Positions 24,798 to 31,732 of a stretch of DNA of 31,732 nucleotides are shown one piece after another (position 1 is the stretch's first letter; each line of letters opens with the position of its first letter). Source of the DNA: a virus (taxonomy: Duplodnaviria; Caudoviricetes). The notes under the pieces are model-generated. The model worked only from the letters and a program-made list of their open reading frames with translations. It had not been told where the DNA came from and did no database searches. Position numbers and translations under genes: made by a program. The DNA is taken from the IMG/VR virus record IMGVR_UViG_3300035561_000139, positions 1-31,732 of that record, one strand, 5' to 3'.

Positions 24798-25805
24798 ATG
24801 GCTGGTATTAAAAGATTACGAAAATTGCAATTGGGCTTAGAAAACCCTGCTGGCACGCCTGTGGCTGCCACTACGATTTGGCGTGGCACAGGCACGTTAG
24901 AGGATAAACGAGAGCCTTACTTCCCTGATGAGGATATTGGTTATGTATCGCCTGTAAATCGTGCTGTGCACCCCTTCACACTTGGGCAGCTTGACCTTGA
25001 TGAAGTGCCCGCCACATTTCAGCAGTTGCCTTATATCTTGGCGATGGGCGTGGACGGTGTGGTGAGTGGAACATCCGATGGTGCGGGGACTGATAAGATT
25101 TATACCTATACGTTTCCGACTACTGCATTGAAAACGCCTAAAACCTATACATGGGAAGGCGGAGATAATGAGCAGGTCGAGCAGATGGCTTATGCCTTTG
25201 CCGAGAGCTTTAAGATTAGTGGCAAGCCCAAACAGCCGTGGATGATGTCTGCTACACTGATTGGTAATTCTGTGGATGTTTTGCCCGCTGGCTTTACGGC
25301 TGCAATTGCCTTACCAACTGTTGAGGAAATCCTGTTCCAAAAGACTAAGCTGTATATTGACGCAGTCAGTGGAACAATCGGAACGACCCAGATACCTTGC
25401 ACCCTTTACGAATTTAGCTTGGATGTTACAACTGGCTTCAATGCCGTATTTGCTGCTAACGGTGATTTAGGCTTCTGCAAGATCAATGGTGGGATGCCAG
25501 AGATAAAACTGCACTTAGTGTTTGAACATAACGCAACCTCAATTGCTCAGAAAGCAGCTTGGCGTGCTTTGACACCTAAACAAATTCGCATAAAAGGTGA
25601 AGGTTCAGCCTTTACCACTGCCGGCACGAAGTATACCAATCACGCTTGCGTAATTGACCTTGCTGGACTGTGGGAGAAGATCGATAAGTTAGGCGAGAAT
25701 AACGGCAATGATGTTCTCGAGGGTGACTTCCGAGTGGCGTATGACCCCACTGCTGCAAAGTATGCAGTTATCGAAATTGCTAATCAATTGGCAAGCTTAA
25801 CATAA
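24798..25805 (+). CDS. Major tail (tube) protein
   Basis: AGGAGG RBS; LGLE...GTPVA start, YTYTF; lies before the chaperone and TMP. Confidence 0.8.
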   Translation: MAGIKRLRKLQLGLENPAGTPVAATTIWRGTGTLEDKREPYFPDEDIGYVSPVNRAVHPFTLGQLDLDEVPATFQQLPYILAMGVDGVVSGTSDGAGTDKIYTYTFPTTALKTPKTYTWEGGDNEQVEQMAYAFAESFKISGKPKQPWMMSATLIGNSVDVLPAGFTAAIALPTVEEILFQKTKLYIDAVSGTIGTTQIPCTLYEFSLDVTTGFNAVFAANGDLGFCKINGGMPEIKLHLVFEHNATSIAQKAAWRALTPKQIRIKGEGSAFTTAGTKYTNHACVIDLAGLWEKIDKLGENNGNDVLEGDFRVAYDPTAAKYAVIEIANQLASLT

Positions 25806-25814
25806 TATAAGGAG

Positions 25815-26093
25815 ATGACAATGATCAAAATTCAATTACCCACCAAAGACCAGCCCGGCTTTTTGCGCAGGGCTAAGCGCAGCATTGAGCTAATGCAGAA
25901 AGCAGCCGACCCACAGAATAACCCTGATGTTGTAGATGAACTAATCGAGTTCATTCTGGATTATGTCATTGAGCCTGAGGATAGGAACGAGGCTCGTGAG
26001 CAGCTGCTGGATGCCACTGAGGAACAATTCAATGATATTGTGGCTCAGATTGGCGGATTGAAACAAAACCCTACATCTCCGAATCCGAGCTAA
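25815..26093 (+). CDS. Tail assembly chaperone (G-like)
   Basis: Position; slippery heptamer near its 3' end. Confidence 0.8.
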   Translation: MTMIKIQLPTKDQPGFLRRAKRSIELMQKAADPQNNPDVVDELIEFILDYVIEPEDRNEAREQLLDATEEQFNDIVAQIGGLKQNPTSPNPS

Positions 26094-26281
26094 TAGACTA
26101 TCGGTCTTGGAAGCGAGGATTCGGGGATAACCCACCTCTATGGGCTGTTATTTTAGAACTCAGTGCTGATTATGGCATAGCTCCATGGGAATTTGAGGAG
26201 AAGGTTACCCCAGAATGGTTGCACAGAATGCTGCTCAGGCGAGAAGAAACTATAAGGCAGATGGAAAAAGCTAATGGCTGA
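26066..26281 (+). CDS. -1 frameshift extension of the tail chaperone (GT-like)
   Basis: A_AAC_CCT at 26066-26072; the -1 frame is open to TGA 26279-26281 (...YGIAPWEFEE...); stem 26076-26127 lies downstream. Confidence 0.75.
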   Translation, partial: KPYISESELIDYRSWKRGFGDNPPLWAVILELSADYGIAPWEFEEKVTPEWLHRMLLRREETIRQMEKANG

Positions 26282-27809
26282 AAAGAATGTTCTCGAAATC
26301 CTGATAACAGCCAAAGATGAAGCCAGCGGCAAGCTTGGCGGTCTTTTTGACGCACTTGGTGGCATTGGAAAAGGCGCTGGCATTGCTGTGGGTGCGTTAG
26401 GCGCTGCTGGGGGCGCAGTCGTCAAGATTGCAGGTGATTTGGCTATGTCGGCTGCACCTGCCGAACAAGTCCAGAAAACGTTTGAAAACTTAGCCTCTTC
26501 AATTGGCGAAGAGGCAGTTCCGATGCTTGAGGAGCTTAGAGGCGCTACCAGAGGAATGGTGGCTGATACCGACCTGATGCAAGCCTCTAACAAGTTTATG
26601 AGCATGGGCTTGGCAGAAAGCTCTGAAGAGGCAGCTGCATTAGCCGAGATGGCAACCCAGTTAGGCTCGGCAATGGGGCAGGATGCCACTACCTCAATGA
26701 GCGACTTTGCCCTGATGCTCGCTAACCAGTCCATCCCCCGCCTTGACAACTTTGGTATCTCCAGCGGTAAGGTGCGTGAACGCATCGAAGAGCTAATGGC
26801 AGCTGACGAGAATATGACCCGTGAGCAAGCCTTTATGACCGCCACGATGGAAGAGGGTGCGATAGCTATGTCCAGAGTTGGTGAGCAATCAGGCACGACT
26901 GCTTCCACGATGGCTACGATGCAAGCTACATTAGAGAATCTCAAGACTTCAATTGGCACGGCGCTGCTACCGATACTTGCCTCTCTTGCACAAGCCCTTA
27001 CCCCGCTACTTGAGGAACTCGGACCACCCTTGATTGAGGTTGCCACACAAGTTGGCGAAGTGATCACATCCGATGTAATACCTGCACTGGTGCCTATTGT
27101 TGAGGCATTGATCCCGCCCTTGCTGGCAATGCTACCCTCTTTAGTATCCCTGTTCTCGGTTTTAGCAGGCAGCTTGATGTCAGCTTTAGCCCCGATCCTG
27201 AATACACTGGTTATGATCATAACCCAGCTGCTCGGGCAATTGACACCCCTAATTGAAGCCCTGATGCCCCCGCTGATCGAATTACTGGGTGCGGTGCTTG
27301 GATTGGTGAATGCGCTGCTGCCGATTTTCGTTCAGATATTGTCAACGGCGATCATCCCGCTGGTTGAGGCGCTATTGCCCCCACTGATTACGCTGTTAGA
27401 AAAAGTTGTGACAGTTGTTGCCGATGTAGCAAGCTGGCTGAGTACAAAGCTGCAGCCCGCATTTGACGGGATTAGTAATGCAATTAGTGGCGTTGTTGGC
27501 TGGATTGGCAGGATGGTTGATAAGCTCACAAGTATAAAATTGCCAAGTTGGCTAACACCCGGAAGCCCTACTCCATTTGAGCTTGGGTTGCGTGGAATTG
27601 CAGATGCACTGCAGGACGTTAATGCTGATATTGGCGGACTGACTGTGAATGCCTCTCGACCCGTTTTGGCTGGTGCTGGTGGTGCAGGCATGGGCAGCAT
27701 TGTGGTGAACATTAACTCGCCCGTGAATCTGGCTGATAAGTTATGGGTTGAGCAAACCCTTGCCCCATATGTCCGCGATGAAATTCGAAGAGTAGCAGTT
27801 AGAGGTTAA
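26274..27809 (+). CDS. Tape measure protein, 511 aa
   Basis: ILITAKDEAS start, helical amphipathic Leu/Pro repeats, GSP motif near the C-terminus. Confidence 0.9.
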   Translation: MAEKNVLEILITAKDEASGKLGGLFDALGGIGKGAGIAVGALGAAGGAVVKIAGDLAMSAAPAEQVQKTFENLASSIGEEAVPMLEELRGATRGMVADTDLMQASNKFMSMGLAESSEEAAALAEMATQLGSAMGQDATTSMSDFALMLANQSIPRLDNFGISSGKVRERIEELMAADENMTREQAFMTATMEEGAIAMSRVGEQSGTTASTMATMQATLENLKTSIGTALLPILASLAQALTPLLEELGPPLIEVATQVGEVITSDVIPALVPIVEALIPPLLAMLPSLVSLFSVLAGSLMSALAPILNTLVMIITQLLGQLTPLIEALMPPLIELLGAVLGLVNALLPIFVQILSTAIIPLVEALLPPLITLLEKVVTVVADVASWLSTKLQPAFDGISNAISGVVGWIGRMVDKLTSIKLPSWLTPGSPTPFELGLRGIADALQDVNADIGGLTVNASRPVLAGAGGAGMGSIVVNINSPVNLADKLWVEQTLAPYVRDEIRRVAVRG

Positions 27810-27810
27810 T

Positions 27811-29403
27811 GTGAAAACCGATTATCTTTTGACAACTGAAGGCGGCGATTTTATTACTACCGAAGGTGGCGATCGAATAATTGCCTATACACTTTATGAC
27901 GCACAGGAATTTGGGTTAGGAATTGATTGGAACCGTGATGGCGATTACGATATGTTTCAGGAAGCTGACCGATTGCTGCGCTGGAAACTTGAGCGTGGGC
28001 GGGAAAAGATTTACAACCCATCAGGCAATGGCTTCTCTCCATATGATGTTGGGCAATTGGTATTAACTTTGGATAATAATGATGGGCGCTATGACCCGTG
28101 GAATACCTCAAAACCACTATATAATAAAGTTAAGCCCGGTTGCAATGTGCAATTTGTCGTCAAGACTTATGAGGCGCCTGATGTGCGCAATACCTATTTG
28201 TTGTTCACTGGCACGCTGGTTGACATTCGGGTCAATGGTTATCGTAAAACGGTTGACTTGATCGTTGAGGACGGCTGGCGCTTCTTAGCTGATTGGCAAT
28301 TCTTTAGGTTTGCTTTTACTACAAGTGGCTGGGAAGTCCCCGGGGAACTTGAGCTTATTTTAGATTCTGGAATGATATTTAATCAATCAACTATGACTTA
28401 TGACAGAATTTGGCCTTATAAATATCCGTGGGGAACGCTATTAGAGCGCATAGCTGGAATTACACAACTCCCGCGTCACTGGTGGTGGGATGGTACCGCC
28501 AAGGGGGCTATCGAAATGATCGTCTTTGCATCGCTTGGGCGGGCATGGATTAGGACAGATGGTAAATTTGACTTTGCAACCTTGCAAGAAACCGCAGATG
28601 CCCCCGTAGCCACATTGGATGAGAGCAAGTTGCTAAAAGATATATACCTGCCCAATCCGTGGGAAAATCTGCGCTCTGAGGTTGTATTGAAAGGGTCGAA
28701 GAACAATTGGACAGGTAACAAAACCATCACTACTTTGAGAGGGGACCCAATTTTAGTACAAGCTGGGAAGACAGTGGAATTCTCTCTGCCTTATACATAT
28801 GAGGGTATACAATCGCCAATTTGCACACGGGTAAATGGACTTACTTGGCGTGCAAACGCAAATGCTGCTGGTTCTGGCGCTGACCTAACTCCATATGTTA
28901 ATGTAGCAATGCAGCCAGAAATAACTACAATTTCAGTGACAGCTAAGAATAATGGGGCGCAAGATGCTTACGTTGTGCAATTTGACGTGCAGGGCGAGGT
29001 GCTGGAAGTGTTGGAGCATCAGTGGAAATTCGGAAGGGAAGATCCATATCGTGAGGCGTCATTTACGCTGGAGAATATGTGGCTAAGTGAAACAGTGATC
29101 AATGATAGTGGTTATATAAAAGAAACCGAGACCACAATTAACGACAGGAACCGCATTAATCTGGTGGGCAATTCGCTAAAAGAACATTTGTCTACAGTCA
29201 AGCCCTACCCAGTGGTGCAGATGCGAGGGCGATTTAACGAGCAGTTCAAGCTTGAGCTTGAGGATAAGGTAACGTTGGATATCCCGACCTTAGGGATTAA
29301 TGGAAACTTCCGTGTGAGCAAGATCGCACACCAAACGATGGACTCACCACAGGACGTTCTGACAACGCTATGGCTCTATCCGCCAATTGAACCTGCGCCA
29401 TAA
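27811..29403 (+). CDS. Tail tip/baseplate hub protein
   Basis: Follows the TMP; LTLDNNDGRYDP, LFTG, LELEDKV patterns. Confidence 0.7.
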   Translation: MKTDYLLTTEGGDFITTEGGDRIIAYTLYDAQEFGLGIDWNRDGDYDMFQEADRLLRWKLERGREKIYNPSGNGFSPYDVGQLVLTLDNNDGRYDPWNTSKPLYNKVKPGCNVQFVVKTYEAPDVRNTYLLFTGTLVDIRVNGYRKTVDLIVEDGWRFLADWQFFRFAFTTSGWEVPGELELILDSGMIFNQSTMTYDRIWPYKYPWGTLLERIAGITQLPRHWWWDGTAKGAIEMIVFASLGRAWIRTDGKFDFATLQETADAPVATLDESKLLKDIYLPNPWENLRSEVVLKGSKNNWTGNKTITTLRGDPILVQAGKTVEFSLPYTYEGIQSPICTRVNGLTWRANANAAGSGADLTPYVNVAMQPEITTISVTAKNNGAQDAYVVQFDVQGEVLEVLEHQWKFGREDPYREASFTLENMWLSETVINDSGYIKETETTINDRNRINLVGNSLKEHLSTVKPYPVVQMRGRFNEQFKLELEDKVTLDIPTLGINGNFRVSKIAHQTMDSPQDVLTTLWLYPPIEPAP

Positions 29404-29432
29404 TGGTAATAAAATAGGAATGAGGAGTTAAT

Positions 29433-29915
29433 ATGGCAGAAACTAAAATTACACCCTTGACTGAATTGACAACGCCCGCTGCTGATGATTTATTGTTAAT
29501 TGTGGATGCCAGTGAGGCGGTGGAATCTAACAAGACTAAAAAGATTAAGTATGCTAATTTGGGCAAATGGGCAAGTTGGACGCCGTCAAGTTATACAGGA
29601 TGGACAGCATTGCCAACTGGGACTTATATGTATTGTATAATCGGCAAACTGCTTATATTCAACATTGATATGAGCGCCGGAACGAGTAATGGCACGAGCG
29701 CTAAGATAAAGCTTCCACTCACAGTAGCGAATAATCAGAATTTTGGCGGCGCTTGCGGGCTTGCATATGATAATGGAGTCTTGCTTACAGGCGCTGCGAG
29801 GTGGTATGTGCAAAAGAATACAAGCGAGGTGGTATTCCAGAAAGATATGGGCACAGGCGCTTGGACAGCGTCAGGGACGAAACTGATTAGGTGTATAGGA
29901 TTTGCGGAGGTATAA
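29433..29915 (+). CDS. Short tail fibre / receptor-binding protein
   Basis: N-terminal KITPLTEL...DDLLLIVD...TKKI module plus WTPS...GTY..IGKL...KLP head domain. Confidence 0.7.
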   Translation: MAETKITPLTELTTPAADDLLLIVDASEAVESNKTKKIKYANLGKWASWTPSSYTGWTALPTGTYMYCIIGKLLIFNIDMSAGTSNGTSAKIKLPLTVANNQNFGGACGLAYDNGVLLTGAARWYVQKNTSEVVFQKDMGTGAWTASGTKLIRCIGFAEV

Positions 29916-29934
29916 TTCACGTGGAGGTGAAACT

Positions 29935-30207
29935 ATGAACTTTGATGCAATTGTAGCAGGACTGCCGTTAGTTTTGGTGGTCGTTGGATTGGTTGAGTGG
30001 GTCAAGCAGATGGGTGTTCAGGGCAATGCCTTACGCATCGTCAGCTTGGCAATCGGATTGGTCTTCGGTATTGGCTACCAGATTTCTCTGGGCTTGCCCA
30101 CCGATTTTGCAGGTTGGTTTGGCGCAGTCGTATATGGTCTTGGTCTTGGGCTCGTCGCCTCAGGAATCTATGATGCTGCAGCCGATATAGTTAGCAAGCT
30201 GAAATAA
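29935..30207 (+). CDS. Holin
   Basis: GGAGGTG RBS; three hydrophobic segments; GLVASGIYD motif. Confidence 0.8.
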   Translation: MNFDAIVAGLPLVLVVVGLVEWVKQMGVQGNALRIVSLAIGLVFGIGYQISLGLPTDFAGWFGAVVYGLGLGLVASGIYDAAADIVSKLK

Positions 30208-30208
30208 G

Positions 30209-30568
30209 ATGGCAACCCAAACCTCGCCCAATCGGGTAACTAATGTAGAGTTGCGAGATGCGCTTGCCGAATTTGGTGCAAGACTTGGCAGGATTGAGGA
30301 GCGAGTGATGAATATCGAGGAAGTCGTTACGGCTGATAGCGAGCGGGTGCGAAATCTACAGACCGAGTCTGCGGGTCAGAATCCGCTTGTTAACAAACGC
30401 CTCGACCTCGCGGAGAAACGCTTGGATAAACACGGCTGCGAAATTGACGAATTGACGAGGCTTGTAAAAGAGGTAGCGCACTCGCAAAAGATTGTCAACT
30501 GGGTTGCGGGCTTGCTCGGTGCTGGTCTATTCAGCTGGCTTATAGCACAATTGCTTGCGCTGATTTAG
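30209..30568 (+). CDS. Coiled-coil protein with C-terminal TM helix (lysis accessory)
   Basis: Heptad-like core and hydrophobic C-terminus; lies between holin and lysin. Confidence 0.7.
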   Translation: MATQTSPNRVTNVELRDALAEFGARLGRIEERVMNIEEVVTADSERVRNLQTESAGQNPLVNKRLDLAEKRLDKHGCEIDELTRLVKEVAHSQKIVNWVAGLLGAGLFSWLIAQLLALI

Positions 30569-30576
30569 GAGAAACT

Positions 30577-31732
30577 ATGGCATTATCGGATTACGCTTTT
30601 GGGATTGACATTTCACGTTATCAGGGATTGGTGAATTTCAACACAGTCGCTGCGCACCAGCCGAAGGTGACCTTTATTGCTGCGAAGGCATCGGAAGGCT
30701 CAAGTTACAAAGACCCGCAGTTTGCCCGCAACTGGGCAGAGATGAAGCGCATCGGTGTGGGGCGGATGGCATATCACTATGTAAGGTTTGAGTATTCCGC
30801 CGCCGTCCAGAAAGATAACCTGCTCTCCGCCACAACCGATTGGGACTGGGCACACGATAGGCTGGCACTTGACTTCGAGCAGGAAAGCTCAACGGCTTCA
30901 GCAATTACCGACTTAGCTAATACGCTGATGGCTTTACTGCGCACAGTGACTGGACGCCTGCCTATTTTATACTCACGAGCCGAGTGGGTCAACCGCAAGA
31001 TGATTGTGAGCCGACTGCCCAGCAATACCGACTGGTGGCTGGCGCATTATTTGAGACCCTTGCCTGAACCGCAGAACACCCCAGAGAAGACACCGCCGCC
31101 CGCTCTACCTTACGGGGTAACAAAATGGCTGATACACCAGACGGGCGACCATTGCGCGCCATTCGGTGTCCAGAGCGCCCACTTGGATTATGACCGTTGG
31201 AATGGAGACGAGCAGGATGTGCAGGCTTACTTTGGATATACAGAACAGCCCACGCCCGAACCTGAACCAGAACCACCTGCCCCAGAGCCCGAACCTACAC
31301 CTGAGTTCCCGAAAACTGGCATAGTGATTGCCAACCCCTCAGTAAATATCCGCAAAGAGGCATCCATCCAAAGCGCTGATATTGGTGATTTTACCAAAGG
31401 TACGCAGTTGAATATCATTGGCGAACAGGACGATTTCTGGCAAGTATCCGCTTGGGTAGCCAAACAGTGGGTACGGGTCGACGAACCTTACCAGCCTCCG
31501 CAGGGCGCGATGGCGATCCCGCCTTTATCACAACGAGACCCTCGCTGGGCAAACGATAAAATGGGCAACTCAACTTGTACAGTTGGAAGGTTCGGTTGCC
31601 TGATTACTTCGATCACAATGGCACTGCGTTGGTTTGGTAAGGACGTTGATGTAAAGGAATTAAACAATTGGCTCTCAAATGAAGGCGGTTATGTTAGTGG
31701 AACTGGCAATCTTTATTGGGGTGCAATTCCGC
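30577..31732 (+). CDS. Endolysin: GH25 muramidase, PE linker, SH3b-like, C39-like peptidase; continues to 338 (480 aa); only its 66-338 tail is in the ORF track
   Basis: AGGAG RBS; GIDISRYQG, KASEG, LDFEQ, LDYDRW; PEPEPEPP; VNIR...GWV-like SH3; SQRDPRW...GCLITS. Confidence 0.92.
   Translation, partial: MALSDYAFGIDISRYQGLVNFNTVAAHQPKVTFIAAKASEGSSYKDPQFARNWAEMKRIGVGRMAYHYVRFEYSAAVQKDNLLSATTDWDWAHDRLALDFEQESSTASAITDLANTLMALLRTVTGRLPILYSRAEWVNRKMIVSRLPSNTDWWLAHYLRPLPEPQNTPEKTPPPALPYGVTKWLIHQTGDHCAPFGVQSAHLDYDRWNGDEQDVQAYFGYTEQPTPEPEPEPPAPEPEPTPEFPKTGIVIANPSVNIRKEASIQSADIGDFTKGTQLNIIGEQDDFWQVSAWVAKQWVRVDEPYQPPQGAMAIPPLSQRDPRWANDKMGNSTCTVGRFGCLITSITMALRWFGKDVDVKELNNWLSNEGGYVSGTGNLYWGAIP
31682..31732. 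repeat. Terminal direct repeat, identical to 1-51
   Basis: Exact 51-nt match. Confidence 0.97.

Noticed and set aside
26153-27220. 355-aa minus-strand ORF
   Set aside because: Antisense shadow of the Ala/Leu-rich tape measure gene; low complexity, no motifs, no RBS.
1-31732. Specific host assignment (e.g. Chloroflexota) or alternative genetic code
   Set aside because: The host is only an impression from protein style and cannot be supported without searches; genes read cleanly in code 11 with all three stops used.

Overview
This window is an apparently complete, circularly assembled tailed-phage genome. Bases 1-51 equal 31682-31732, giving a 31,681-bp unit, and all credible genes lie on the + strand. 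Gene order is: endolysin 3' end; a fibre-like cassette (352-3895); a metallophosphoesterase; a ~1.5-kb mostly non-coding control region with a tRNA-like gene and repeated structured motifs; early/replication genes (RHH, ERF SSAP, DnaD-type initiator with internal iterons, loader-like, SSB, nucleases); three DNA methyltransferases; terminase; portal-MuF fusion; protease; HK97-type capsid; siphovirus-like tail with a -1 frameshift; holin; and a GH25-SH3-C39 endolysin spanning the junction. No integrase or CI-like repressor was seen. There are three highlights. (1) A 332-aa intein in a methyltransferase is overprinted by a complete HNH endonuclease gene in the +1 frame, apparently with its own embedded extended -10 promoter and leaderless start. 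(2) A four-gene cassette pairs a protein with ~20 x 22-aa repeats with an unannotated 52-aa peptide made of two copies of the same repeat. (3) A tRNA-Thr(CGT)-like gene lacks a D-stem. All family assignments are from motif recognition by eye; no searches were run.
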